Notes under the pieces: generated by a model
The model's input: the letters and a program-made list of their open reading frames with translations, nothing else
What the model was told of the DNA's origin: nothing
Databases searched by the model: none
DNA from: Candidatus Nanosyncoccus sp.
GTDB taxonomy: Bacteria; Patescibacteriota; Saccharimonadia; Saccharimonadales; Saccharimonadaceae
Length of the DNA stretch: 32,000 bases
NCBI GenBank assembly: GCA_045597305.1
Contig: JAZLJF010000009.1
Span: 21,891 to 53,890 of the forward strand
Direction of reading: 5' to 3'
Program-made: the position numbers and the translations under genes
Shown: positions 23,667 to 32,000 of the stretch, piece by piece
How positions within the stretch are numbered: the stretch's first letter is position 1
Layout: each line of letters begins with the position of its first letter

Positions 23667-23894
23667 ATGGCACAGAATTTAAAGACTGGCGACACAGTAA
23701 AGATTATCTCTGGTGATAATAAAGGTAAAACCGGCAAAATCGTCAAAATGGACGTAAAGGGTCACAAGGCTTTCATCGAAGGTATTGAAGTCCGTGAGCG
23801 TCATATGAAGAAGACTCAATTTAATCCAGCTGGTGGTAAAAAGACTATTCACGTTGGAATTGATCTCTCTAATCTCAAGAAGGAGGGCAAGTAA
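23667..23894 (+). CDS. rplX: 50S ribosomal protein uL24
   Basis: LKTGDTVKIISGDNKGKTGKIVKMDVKGHKAFIEGI (KOW motif). Confidence 0.95.
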   Translation: MAQNLKTGDTVKIISGDNKGKTGKIVKMDVKGHKAFIEGIEVRERHMKKTQFNPAGGKKTIHVGIDLSNLKKEGK

Positions 23895-24463
23895 TGTCTG
23901 ACTATATTCCAAGATTAAAGGAAAAGTATAACAAAGAGATTGTTAAAACTTTGCAAAAAGAATTAAATCTCGAGAACGTTAACCAAGTACCAAAGCTAGA
24001 GAAAATTATCGTTTCATCTGGTGTTGGCAAAAAGCGTGATGACAAGAAATTTACTGAAACAGTTGATCTTACACTTTCAAAGATTACTGGACAAGCAACA
24101 ACATCGCGTCTTGCAAAGAAATCAATTGCTACCTTCAAAATTCGTAAAGGAATGGGTGCACCAATTGGTTACCTTACAACTCTTCGCGGCGTAAAAATGT
24201 ATGAATTTGCAGATCGTTTAATTAACATTGCATTGCCACATGTACGTGATTTTCACGGTGTATCACTTAAAAGCTTCGATGCTCAAGGCAACTATAGCCT
24301 CGGCCTTAAAGAACAGACAGTTTTCCCTGAAATTACATTCGAAGACGCACAGGTCTTACACGGACTTGAAATTACATTTATTATTAAAAACGGATCTCAA
24401 GAAGGGAGTACCAGATTGTTAGAGCTCTTTGGAATGCCGTTTGAGAAAAAGGAGGATAAGTAA
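23894..24463 (+). CDS. rplE: 50S ribosomal protein uL5
   Basis: [72 protein letters not shown]. Confidence 0.97.
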   Translation: MSDYIPRLKEKYNKEIVKTLQKELNLENVNQVPKLEKIIVSSGVGKKRDDKKFTETVDLTLSKITGQATTSRLAKKSIATFKIRKGMGAPIGYLTTLRGVKMYEFADRLINIALPHVRDFHGVSLKSFDAQGNYSLGLKEQTVFPEITFEDAQVLHGLEITFIIKNGSQEGSTRLLELFGMPFEKKEDK

Positions 24464-24732
24464 TGGCTAAGAAATCAGCTGTCCTTCGCGACATCAAACG
24501 TCAGAAGATGTACGACAAATATAAAGATAAACGTGCTGCACTAAAAGCGGCTGGTGACCTCGAGGGTCTCCAGAAGCTTCCACGTAACTCTAGTCCAACA
24601 AGACTAAAGAACCGCGATCTATTAGATGGTCGTCCACGTGGATACATGCGCAGATTTGGTCTATCTCGTATTAATTTCCGTGAAAAAGCAAGCAAGGGCG
24701 AAATCCCTGGCGTAACAAAGAGTAGCTGGTAA
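24463..24732 (+). CDS. rpsN: 30S ribosomal protein uS14, zinc-free type
   Basis: [54 protein letters not shown]; no CxxC motifs. Confidence 0.97.
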   Translation: MAKKSAVLRDIKRQKMYDKYKDKRAALKAAGDLEGLQKLPRNSSPTRLKNRDLLDGRPRGYMRRFGLSRINFREKASKGEIPGVTKSSW

Positions 24733-24747
24733 GGAGAAAGGAGAATT

Positions 24748-25149
24748 ATGTCACTACAATCTACTGATCAAATCGCTGACTTGATTACTCGCATCCGTAA
24801 TGCTATTCTTGTTAGCAAAAATGAAGTTTCTGTACCAACTTCTAAACTAAAAGTATCTGTGATCGACGGCCTAAAAAAGGGTGGCTATATTGCAGATTAT
24901 GAAATTGAAAAGTCTCATCCACGAGATATACTTCATGTTCTTATTAATAAAGAAGGTGAAGTAGCAAAGATTAACGAAATTTCAAAGGTATCAAAGCCAG
25001 GACGTCGCGTCTATACATCAGCCGACGAAATTCCAGTAATTAAATCTGGCCGTGGAATCGTTCTAATTTCTACATCTAAAGGAATTATGAGCGGTGCAGA
25101 GGCAAAGAAGTTGCGTCTCGGAGGCGAAATTCTAGTAAAAGTTTGGTAA
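24748..25149 (+). CDS. rpsH: 30S ribosomal protein uS8
   Basis: DQIADLITRIRNAILVSKNEVSVPTSKLK, SKPGRRVYTSADEIPVIKSGRGIVLISTSKGIMSGAEAKKLRLGGEILVKVW. Confidence 0.97.
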   Translation: MSLQSTDQIADLITRIRNAILVSKNEVSVPTSKLKVSVIDGLKKGGYIADYEIEKSHPRDILHVLINKEGEVAKINEISKVSKPGRRVYTSADEIPVIKSGRGIVLISTSKGIMSGAEAKKLRLGGEILVKVW

Positions 25150-25163
25150 TCGAACTAAATTTT

Positions 25164-25192
25164 AAAACCAACCAGTAATGGTTGGTTTTTTG
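25164..25192 (+). terminator. intrinsic terminator splitting the spc-type operon after rpsH
   Basis: AAAACCAACC-agtaat-GGTTGGTTTTTT. Confidence 0.88.
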
Positions 25193-25228
25193 TTTGAAAT
25201 TAATATCTAATTTACGTATTTAAATTGC

Positions 25229-25257
25229 TTGATTTTTTTGCAATTGTGTGATAAAAT
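25229..25257 (+). promoter_or_regulatory. promoter for rplF-rplR-rpsE-rplO (TTGATT-N17-TAAAAT)
   Basis: TTGATT 25229-25234, 17-nt spacer, TAAAAT 25252-25257. Confidence 0.6.
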
Positions 25258-25284
25258 AACAAAGATATTAAACAAGGGACGATT

Positions 25285-25821
25285 ATGAGTCGTATCGGAA
25301 AACTACCTGTAGAGATTCCTGCAGGCGTGACAATTACGGTCGGCGACAAGGAGATTACTGTCGCTGGTCCTAAAGGCACGCTTCAGGTTCCTGTTCAGGC
25401 TAATACTACCACGAAGGTAGAAGATAATAAAATCATCGTAACCCGCAAAGATGACGAGCCAGAGTCAAGAGCTTGGCACGGTCTCCAGCGAGCATTACTT
25501 AATAATGCTGTCATAGGTGTTACGTCAGGTTTTGAGAAAAAACTTGAAATTAACGGAGTTGGTTACCGTCTTTCTGGCGGTGGAAAGCAGATTGAGATGG
25601 CGCTTGGCTTTTCTCACCCTGTTAAATACACTGCACCGGATGGTATTGAACTTAAAGTCGACAAGATGGAAATCACAGTTTCTGGCTCTGATAAGCAGAA
25701 GGTTGGTCAGGTCGCTGCTGAAATCCGTGCTCTAAAGAAACCAGAGCCATACAAGGGTAAAGGCATCAAATATGTTGGTGAGCACATTATCCGTAAGGCT
25801 GGAAAGGCAGGTAAGAAATAA
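25285..25821 (+). CDS. rplF: 50S ribosomal protein uL6
   Basis: MSRIGKLPVEIPAGVTI, PEPYKGKGIKYVGEHIIRKAGKAGKK. Confidence 0.98.
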   Translation: MSRIGKLPVEIPAGVTITVGDKEITVAGPKGTLQVPVQANTTTKVEDNKIIVTRKDDEPESRAWHGLQRALLNNAVIGVTSGFEKKLEINGVGYRLSGGGKQIEMALGFSHPVKYTAPDGIELKVDKMEITVSGSDKQKVGQVAAEIRALKKPEPYKGKGIKYVGEHIIRKAGKAGKK

Positions 25822-26150
25822 TGAAAGCTGAATTTCGTGCAAATCGCACTCGCGCAAAAATTCACGGTACAAGTGAGAGACCTCGCCTTACCGTTCATAT
25901 TAGTAATATGCATATTACAGCTCAATTAATTGATGATGATAAGAAGATTACTCTTGCTTATTCTTCAACAGTCGGAAAGAAATTAACTGGTAATATGACT
26001 GAAAAAGCAGCTGTTATTGGTAAAGAAATTGCTGAAAAAGCTAAGAAAGCCAAAGTAAAAACTGTAGTTTTTGATCGTGGATCAAAGCTATATGCAGGTC
26101 GTATGAGCGCACTTGCAGATGCTGCTCGTAAAGAAGGATTGGAGTTCTAG
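25821..26150 (+). CDS. rplR: 50S ribosomal protein uL18
   Basis: RAKIHGTSERPRLTVHISNMHITAQLIDDD, VVFDRGSKLYAGRMSALADAARKEGLEF. Confidence 0.96.
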   Translation: MKAEFRANRTRAKIHGTSERPRLTVHISNMHITAQLIDDDKKITLAYSSTVGKKLTGNMTEKAAVIGKEIAEKAKKAKVKTVVFDRGSKLYAGRMSALADAARKEGLEF

Positions 26151-26151
26151 T

Positions 26152-26826
26152 ATGGCAGAAAATACTAATCAACCAAAAGTAATCAATAAGTCTGGTACAC
26201 TTAAGATGTCAGATGAAACTGCTGCAACTCGCAAGCAGAAAGATATTGGCGGACGCCCATTCGACCGCCGCAATAATCGACGCCGTGATCGCGTAAAGGC
26301 TGACGTTGCTCCAAAAGAATTTGATGAAGTAACGATTAATATCGATCGTGTTTCTCGTACTGTAAAAGGTGGACGCCGTATGCGCTTCAAAGCACTTGTT
26401 GTTGTTGGAAATCACAAAAACAAGATCGGTGTTGGCGTAGCAAAAGGTGGCGATGTTACTGCTGCTGTTCAAAAAGCTGCTACTAAGGCCAAGAAAAACA
26501 TCGTTGAATTTTACTTGGATGGTGAAACAATTTGTCACGAAGTTGAATCAAAGGTAACTGGGGCTCATGTCTTATTGAAGCCAGCAGCTCCTGGTACAGG
26601 TATTATCGCGGGTGGTGTTGTAAGATCGATTATTGGTCTTACAGGGGTAAAGAATCTTATTTCAAAGAGCTTAGGTTCGACAAATAAGGTAAATATCGCT
26701 TATGCAGTCGTCGAAGGCCTTCGTCAACAGGTCCCACGCAAAGAATGGGCAACAACGAAGACGAAATCTGCTACAGATAAGAAATCTTCTGCGAAGAAGC
26801 CTGCAGCTAAGAAGGAGACTAAGTAA
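26152..26826 (+). CDS. rpsE: 30S ribosomal protein uS5
   Basis: VISNRTVKGG-like VSRTVKGGRRMRFKALVVVGNHKNKIGVGVAKGGDV, LLKPAAPGTGIIAGGVVRSIIGLTGVKNLISKSLGSTNKVN; ATG at 26152 with SD GGAG upstream (ORF-track start 26113 too early). Confidence 0.97.
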   Translation: MAENTNQPKVINKSGTLKMSDETAATRKQKDIGGRPFDRRNNRRRDRVKADVAPKEFDEVTINIDRVSRTVKGGRRMRFKALVVVGNHKNKIGVGVAKGGDVTAAVQKAATKAKKNIVEFYLDGETICHEVESKVTGAHVLLKPAAPGTGIIAGGVVRSIIGLTGVKNLISKSLGSTNKVNIAYAVVEGLRQQVPRKEWATTKTKSATDKKSSAKKPAAKKETK

Positions 26827-27314
26827 TGAAATATAATGATCTTATTGTAGAAAAAAATACTCGTCCTAATCGCAAAGGTCGTGGTATCTCTGCTGGACAG
26901 GGAAAGACTGCTGGACGTGGTACTAAGGGTCAAAAAGCTCGTACTGGTCATCGAAAAATGCCAGCCGGATTCATGGGCGGACAGCGTGCAATTATGCAAG
27001 CAGTTCCAAAACTAAAAGGTTTTAAATCAATCCATCCAAAAGCTGAGATTGTCTATACCGACCGCTTAAATGATTTGACTGGTAATGTAGATAATTTTGT
27101 ACTTTTTGAAGCTGGATTAATCTCTACTCCATTCACTAAAGTAAAAGTTATTTCACGTGGCGAAGTTACAGCTAAAATTGATCTTTCCACTCAATTTGCT
27201 TCAAGCTCTGCTGTCGAGTTTATTAAAAAGGCTGGCGGTAGCTTCAAGAAAGCTGATATTCCTGCTCGAAAGGTTTCAGAGGATAGTCGTAAGAGTGAAA
27301 AATCCGATAAGTAA
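26826..27314 (+). CDS. rplO: 50S ribosomal protein uL15
   Basis: NRKGRGISAGQGKTAGRGTKGQKARTGHRKMPAGFMGGQ. Confidence 0.96.
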   Translation: MKYNDLIVEKNTRPNRKGRGISAGQGKTAGRGTKGQKARTGHRKMPAGFMGGQRAIMQAVPKLKGFKSIHPKAEIVYTDRLNDLTGNVDNFVLFEAGLISTPFTKVKVISRGEVTAKIDLSTQFASSSAVEFIKKAGGSFKKADIPARKVSEDSRKSEKSDK

Positions 27315-27332
27315 TAATTAGCTTATCTCAAT

Positions 27333-27359
27333 AAAAGCCTCCATAGAGAGGCTTTTTTT
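27333..27359 (+). terminator. intrinsic terminator between rplO and secY
   Basis: AAAAGCCTC-cataga-GAGGCTTTTTTT. Confidence 0.88.
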
Positions 27360-27428
27360 GATTTTTATCTATTTTTCTTCGCAAATCTGATAAATCTATG
27401 ATATTATAGATAAAGAAAGAAGAGTTAT

Positions 27429-28844
27429 ATGCATTTCAAGACTATTTTTAAATCATTTTTGAATAAAGACATGCGCAAACGTATACTCATTGTGCTTGGT
27501 ATTTTTCTTGCTTACCGTTTTCTCGCTCATGTTCCAGTACCACTTGGTGATGCGAACACTTTTAAGGAAGCAGTTGAAAATCTAGTCTCGAAATCCGATT
27601 TTAGTAATTTCTTGAATTTAATTTCTGGTGGCGGACTTACCTCTCTTTCAATTATTCTTGTAGGTTTATCTCCCTTTATTACATCTTCAATCGTTGTTCA
27701 ACTCATTACGAAAGCTATACCGAAGCTTGAAGAGTTATCACAAGATGGTGAGACTGGTCGTCGTAAAATTAACCAATGGACGCGTCGTCTCACTATACCT
27801 CTAGCTATTGTCCAGTCTATTGCGTATATTTTCATCTTAAGAGAGTCAGCCCTTGCAAATACAACTACTGATATTACGCTGTCTTCCGGCCAATGGATTT
27901 TAGCCGTTACATCTATGACAGCCGGTTCAGTTATTCTAATGTGGCTTGGCGAACTTATGACTGAGCAAGGCATCGGAAATGGTATATCTATGATTATTTT
28001 TGCATCTATTATCTCTCAGTTGCCTACTACATTAGCTTCACTAGGAACTACATTATTTAATACTAGTGAAGGTACATTATCTCTCTTTGGCTGGTTCAAT
28101 TTGCCTGTAAATCCTACTGCATTTTGGATTATTCTTGGATTTGCTGTCGCACTTCTTGTCGTGATTTACTTCCTTGTAAAACTAAACGAAGCGCAGCGTA
28201 TTATTACTATAAATTATGCAAAGCGCGTTCACGGTAATAGTAGTTACGGAGGAATTAAATCTATTCTCCCAATTAAATTGATTGCAGCCGGTGTTATTCC
28301 TGTTATCTTTGCGACTTCATTCTTGGCGCTTCCATCCTTAATTGGACAGCTTATTCAATCATTTGATCCTGGAAATAGCTTTGGGCAAACTTTGACGACT
28401 TTGTTTACTGCTCCTTCAGCTCAAAATTTTTCAGCTATGTATCCTAATGGTATTACAGCGCAGTGGTTCCTTTATCCTGCAATGTATTTTGTTTTGGTTG
28501 TGTTATTTACCTATTTTTATACGTCAATCATCTTCAATACAAACGAAATAGCTGACAACTTACAGAAGCAGGGCGGCTTTATCGAAGGCGTCCGTCCTGG
28601 TATCACTACGGCAAATTATCTTTCGAAAGTAGTAAATCGACTAAATCTCTTTGGAGCATTTGCGCTCGGTGTAATTGCGATGTTGCCTTTTATCACAGAT
28701 TATGTCTTTATTATGACCTTAGGATACCCGATTGGCTTATCTATCTCTGGAACTGGGCTATTAATTGTCGTTACAGTAGCACTAGAAAGTCTTCGACAGC
28801 TTGATTCGCGAGCTTTGATGATAACTTACGACGATTACAAGTAA
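27429..28844 (+). CDS. secY: preprotein translocase subunit SecY
   Basis: LNLISGGGLTSLSIILVGLSPFITSSIVVQLITKAIPKLEEL, GNGISMIIFASIISQLP, PGITTANYLSKVVNRLNLFGA; multi-TM. Confidence 0.97.
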   Translation: MHFKTIFKSFLNKDMRKRILIVLGIFLAYRFLAHVPVPLGDANTFKEAVENLVSKSDFSNFLNLISGGGLTSLSIILVGLSPFITSSIVVQLITKAIPKLEELSQDGETGRRKINQWTRRLTIPLAIVQSIAYIFILRESALANTTTDITLSSGQWILAVTSMTAGSVILMWLGELMTEQGIGNGISMIIFASIISQLPTTLASLGTTLFNTSEGTLSLFGWFNLPVNPTAFWIILGFAVALLVVIYFLVKLNEAQRIITINYAKRVHGNSSYGGIKSILPIKLIAAGVIPVIFATSFLALPSLIGQLIQSFDPGNSFGQTLTTLFTAPSAQNFSAMYPNGITAQWFLYPAMYFVLVVLFTYFYTSIIFNTNEIADNLQKQGGFIEGVRPGITTANYLSKVVNRLNLFGAFALGVIAMLPFITDYVFIMTLGYPIGLSISGTGLLIVVTVALESLRQLDSRALMITYDDYK

Positions 28845-28853
28845 AGGGGAAAT

Positions 28854-29717
28854 ATGGCATTGAAGATAAACTGGAAGAAGAAACTTCCGCAAATTATAAC
28901 AGGCGTGATAGTGCTTATGCTTGCTACTTTTATAATTCGTGTTGCTATATGGGAGGCAGATTATTATAGTCGAATGGAGGGTTCAGAACGTAAAATTGTT
29001 GATAGTAGTACTTCTGTGCCTGATTCCGTTGAGGACGTTGATGAGACAAACGTGGATGAATTTATGAAAGCTGCGCATCAGGTAGCGGCTGATCGTCCTA
29101 GATTTCTGTCGATTGAAAAACTCAGTATTGACAGAGCTCGTATCTTTGAGACTGGCGTAAATGTTAATGGACAGATGCAGACACCAGTGAATATCTTTGA
29201 TGTTGGATGGTATCGCGGATCAGATAAGCCGGGATTTGGTGGGACAGCTGTAATTGATGGACATAATGGAGGTCCGACTATGGAGGGTGTTTTCAAACAT
29301 CTTCCTGAGTTGTCGCAAGATGACATTATCCTTATTGAACGGGGTGACGGAAAGTTTTTTCGCTATAAAGTAGTTGAAAATGTCACAGTTTCTCTTAATG
29401 ATGCTGATTCCTATATGAAAAATGCATTCATTTCTCCTGTGGTCGGGAAAGAATCTTTGACTCTTATTACCTGTACTGGTGAATGGTCTCAAGTTCAGCA
29501 GACATACCTTTCGCGACAGTTTGTACGTGCTGTTCTTGTAGAAAATGAGACAAATTTTAAAGAAACTAAAATAATTAACGAACTCGAAGAGAATAGAAAA
29601 AAGAAAGAAGAAGAGGAAAAGCAAAAAGCGATAGAAGAAGCTGTTGAAGCTGAAATCCGTCGACGTCAGGCCGAAGAAGATGAGAAGAATGATTCTACTA
29701 TAATTCGAGGTCAATAA
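28854..29717 (+). CDS. sortase family protein with N-terminal TM anchor and charged C-terminal coiled-coil tail
   Basis: Catalytic His in GGTAVIDGHNGG, Cys in SLTLITCTGEW (TLxTC), Arg in TYLSRQFVRAVLVEN; N-terminal hydrophobic helix IITGVIVLMLATFIIRVAI. Confidence 0.88.
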   Translation: MALKINWKKKLPQIITGVIVLMLATFIIRVAIWEADYYSRMEGSERKIVDSSTSVPDSVEDVDETNVDEFMKAAHQVAADRPRFLSIEKLSIDRARIFETGVNVNGQMQTPVNIFDVGWYRGSDKPGFGGTAVIDGHNGGPTMEGVFKHLPELSQDDIILIERGDGKFFRYKVVENVTVSLNDADSYMKNAFISPVVGKESLTLITCTGEWSQVQQTYLSRQFVRAVLVENETNFKETKIINELEENRKKKEEEEKQKAIEEAVEAEIRRRQAEEDEKNDSTIIRGQ

Positions 29718-29770
29718 TTAAAAAAGTATTTACTTTATTTTATGTTCGTGATAAAATAAAGAAGTAATTT

Positions 29771-29995
29771 ATGGCTAGTCAAAAGGAAGTGATAGAACTC
29801 ACCGGCAAAGTCGTTGAGGCTTTACCTAATACCCAATTTCGGGTTGAACTCGAGAATGGTCATATTATTATTGCCCATATGAGCGGAAAAATGCGTAAAA
29901 ACTATATTCGTCTCGTACCGGGTGATAAGGTGAAGGTTGAGTTGACCCCTTATGATCTCACGAAGGGGCGCATCAGTTTTCGCCTAAAAGATTAA
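29771..29995 (+). CDS. infA: translation initiation factor IF-1
   Basis: [67 protein letters not shown]. Confidence 0.98.
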   Translation: MASQKEVIELTGKVVEALPNTQFRVELENGHIIIAHMSGKMRKNYIRLVPGDKVKVELTPYDLTKGRISFRLKD

Positions 29996-30189
29996 TATTA
30001 ACTGTTGTAAAAATTACAACAATTCTGAGTAGCGATTCATCTTTTGAACTATTCAATTTAAGTTTATTTTATTTAAGTCTTCCCGACTAGCCAGAATAAG
30101 ATATGACATAAATTAAATAATTCGAGTGATCTTGCGAAGAATTGTAAAAAATCTTTACAACTACTAATAAGGAAAGGATTTTGACACTT

Positions 30190-30306
30190 ATGAAAGTACG
30201 TGCAAGTGTTAAAAAAATCTCCCCTGATGACATCATCGTTCGCAGAAAAGGCGTTCTTCGTGTCATCAATAAGAAGAAACCTAAGAATAAGCAAAGGCAG
30301 GGTTAA
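30190..30306 (+). CDS. rpmJ: 50S ribosomal protein bL36, zinc-free variant (38 aa, absent from the supplied ORF track)
   Basis: My translation: [38 protein letters not shown]. Framework matches L36 but the usual Cys/Cys/Cys/His ligands are replaced. Confidence 0.93.
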   Translation: MKVRASVKKISPDDIIVRRKGVLRVINKKKPKNKQRQG

Positions 30307-30308
30307 GC

Positions 30309-30695
30309 ATGGCAAGAATTGCGAGTGTTGTTATCCCTAACGATAAACAGGTATGGATTGCTCTTACCTATGTTTACGGTATTGGACGCACAACATCAAA
30401 GGCCATCCTTGCGGAGGCTAAAATAGAGCCTACCACTCGGGTGAAAGATCTCACCGAGGCTGAGGAACAAAAAATCAATGATATTATTTCAAATAAATAT
30501 CATGTTGAAGGTGATCTCAGACGCCTCGTGACAAATAATATTAAACGCATCAAGGATATTAATTCCTATAAGGGACTTCGCCATAAGGCAAAGTTACCAG
30601 TCAACGGACAGCGTACTCGTACGAACGCACGCACTCGTAAAGGTAAAGCTATCGCAGTTGGTGGTGCACAACCAAAGGCAGCAAGTAAGACATAG
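30309..30695 (+). CDS. rpsM: 30S ribosomal protein uS13
   Basis: [58 protein letters not shown]. Confidence 0.98.
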   Translation: MARIASVVIPNDKQVWIALTYVYGIGRTTSKAILAEAKIEPTTRVKDLTEAEEQKINDIISNKYHVEGDLRRLVTNNIKRIKDINSYKGLRHKAKLPVNGQRTRTNARTRKGKAIAVGGAQPKAASKT

Positions 30696-30709
30696 GAAAG
30701 GAGTAAAAA

Positions 30710-31180
30710 ATGGCAGAAGAAGAAATTAAGAAAACTGAAGCTGTTGAAGCTCCTGCTGAAGCTACAAAGGCTGAAGCAACTGAAGAAGCTCCAAAAGCTG
30801 CAAGCAAAAGGTCGAAGAAGGGCAAACGAGTCGTTACTTCCGGCCAAATGCATATTCAAGCAACATTTAACAATACAATTATCAGCTTTTCTGATAAAAA
30901 AGGCGAAGTACTTTCTAGTTCTTCCGCTGGAGCAAATGGCTTCCGTGGTAGCAAGAAAGGTACTGCATATGCAGCACAAATCGCCGCAGAGAAGGCTGCT
31001 GAAATCGTGAAGAAAGATCACGGCATGAATAGCGTAGATGTCTACGTAAAAGGTATCGGTCTTGGTCGTGATAGCGCTATTCGCGCAGTTTCAGCTGTAG
31101 GAATGAAAATTGACAGTATCACCGATTTGACTCCAATTGCTCACGGTGGTGTCCGTCCTAAGGGAGAAAGGAAACCATAA
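30710..31180 (+). CDS. rpsK: 30S ribosomal protein uS11 with Ala/Glu/Lys-rich N-terminal extension
   Basis: HIQATFNNTIISFSDKKGEVLSSSSAGANGFRGSKKGTAYAAQIAAEKAA, DLTPIAHGGVRPKGERKP. Confidence 0.97.
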   Translation: MAEEEIKKTEAVEAPAEATKAEATEEAPKAASKRSKKGKRVVTSGQMHIQATFNNTIISFSDKKGEVLSSSSAGANGFRGSKKGTAYAAQIAAEKAAEIVKKDHGMNSVDVYVKGIGLGRDSAIRAVSAVGMKIDSITDLTPIAHGGVRPKGERKP

Positions 31181-31797
31181 TGGCAAGAGATAAATCACCT
31201 ATTGTTAAACAAAGCCGTCGCGAGGGCTATGCTCTTGCACCAAAAGCTCAGAAGGTAATGGCTAAAAAGACTGGTATCCCAGGTCAGCACTCAGACATGC
31301 GCGTCCGTGGTGGAAGTCTTTACCTTACGCAACTTCGCGAAAAACAGAAAGTTCGTCGCATCTATGGTCTTTTGGAAAAACAATTTGCTAAATTGATGAA
31401 AGAAGCACAACGCGCTGAAGGTCTTACAGGCGAGAACCTCCTTCAATTCCTAGAGAGACGCGTTGATAACGTTGTTTATCGTGCAGGTTTTGCTACGACT
31501 CGACGTGGTGCTCGTCAATTAGTATCACACGGCCACTTCATTCTGAATGGAAAGAGAATCGATATTCCTTCAATCAGATTGAAGCCAGGAGATGTACTCG
31601 AAGTACGTTCTAAATCTCAGAAATCACAATATTTCAAAAATTTGGAACAAATCATCGGTGCAGCAGGTCAAAATACCGTATCTTGGATTAAGGCTGATGG
31701 TAAGAAGATGAAAATCGAAGTAACCGGTTTGCCAAAGCGCGAAGAAGCAGAGGCGGGCATTAACGAACAATTAATCGTTGAGTACTACTCACGCTAA
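31180..31797 (+). CDS. rpsD: 30S ribosomal protein uS4, zinc-free type
   Basis: [67 protein letters not shown]. Confidence 0.98.
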   Translation: MARDKSPIVKQSRREGYALAPKAQKVMAKKTGIPGQHSDMRVRGGSLYLTQLREKQKVRRIYGLLEKQFAKLMKEAQRAEGLTGENLLQFLERRVDNVVYRAGFATTRRGARQLVSHGHFILNGKRIDIPSIRLKPGDVLEVRSKSQKSQYFKNLEQIIGAAGQNTVSWIKADGKKMKIEVTGLPKREEAEAGINEQLIVEYYSR

Positions 31798-31813
31798 GGA
31801 GGAAGAACAATTT

Positions 31814-32000
31814 ATGACTACTAAAGTTATTCACGAAGCAAACCTTGCAGAGGTGAATGATCTCGGTGAGAATAGTGCCGAATTTGTTATCCGTCCATTG
31901 TATTATGGCTACGGTAATACACTTGGTAACTCTCTCCGACGTGTTCTCCTTTCAAGTATCAAAGGTGCTGCGATTACATCATTTAGCATCGAAGGTACAA
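31814..32000 (+). CDS. rpoA: DNA-directed RNA polymerase subunit alpha, N-terminal part (runs off window)
   Basis: My translation: [62 protein letters not shown]; contains the [15 protein letters not shown] motif. Confidence 0.96.
   Translation, partial: MTTKVIHEANLAEVNDLGENSAEFVIRPLYYGYGNTLGNSLRRVLLSSIKGAAITSFSIEGT

Noticed and set aside
30181-30186. TTGACA just before the rpmJ ATG
   Set aside because: It overlaps the RBS-start region, and a -10 would fall within rpmJ; more likely coincidence, although an internal promoter for rpsM cannot be excluded.
1-32000. Recoding of TGA as glycine or tryptophan (SR1/Gracilibacteria- or Mycoplasma-type)
   Set aside because: TGA serves as the natural stop for the TrmH-family gene (1641) and the small polymerase-partner ORF (3165), and no gene needs TGA read-through.
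1-32000. CRISPR arrays, transposases, prophage genes, toxin-antitoxin modules, tRNA/rRNA genes
   Set aside because: I looked for spaced direct repeats, transposase or integrase motifs and tRNA-like T-loop sequences (GGTTCGAATCC type) in the intergenic regions and saw none; a tRNAscan-SE/Infernal run would be decisive.

Overview
The window is a dense, almost entirely plus-strand bacterial housekeeping locus. Protein-level features point to a Candidate Phyla Radiation organism, most likely Saccharibacteria (TM7); that assignment is inference. Gene order: dnaE 3' end (partial), TrmH/SpoU rRNA/tRNA methyltransferase, Y-family DNA polymerase plus a small partner ORF, leuS, rpmF-like, nusB, Nudix hydrolase, rnc, two hypothetical genes, rpsP, KH-domain protein (khpA), one hypothetical gene, rpoB, rpoC, then a long ribosomal-protein cluster: rplC-rplD-rplW-rplB-rpsS-rplV-rpsC-rplP-rpsQ-rplN-rplX-rplE-rpsN-rpsH // rplF-rplR-rpsE-rplO // secY-sortase-infA // rpmJ-rpsM-rpsK-rpsD-rpoA (partial). 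I see no CRISPR array, transposon, prophage, rRNA or tRNA. The best leads are: (1) a complete-looking minus-strand small-RNA transcription unit (about 115 nt) between a hypothetical gene and rpoB, with a TTGACA-N17-TAGAAT promoter and an intrinsic terminator, in a region with four copies of ATAAGCT/AGCTTAT; (2) an RpoC lacking the cysteines of both canonical zinc sites, with a non-canonical trigger loop (TLDTKHGSG) and catalytic loop (NADYDGD); (3) a consensus promoter followed by an intrinsic terminator just before the RBS of the 10467 hypothetical gene (attenuator or sRNA); (4) an inverted repeat centred on the -35 box of a two-gene hypothetical module that includes a membrane protein; (5) a sortase between secY and infA where adk/map usually sit; (6) missing rpmC and rpmD at their canonical slots, and cysteine-free L36/S14/L32 variants. 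No wholly new multi-gene defence-like system can be supported from sequence alone.
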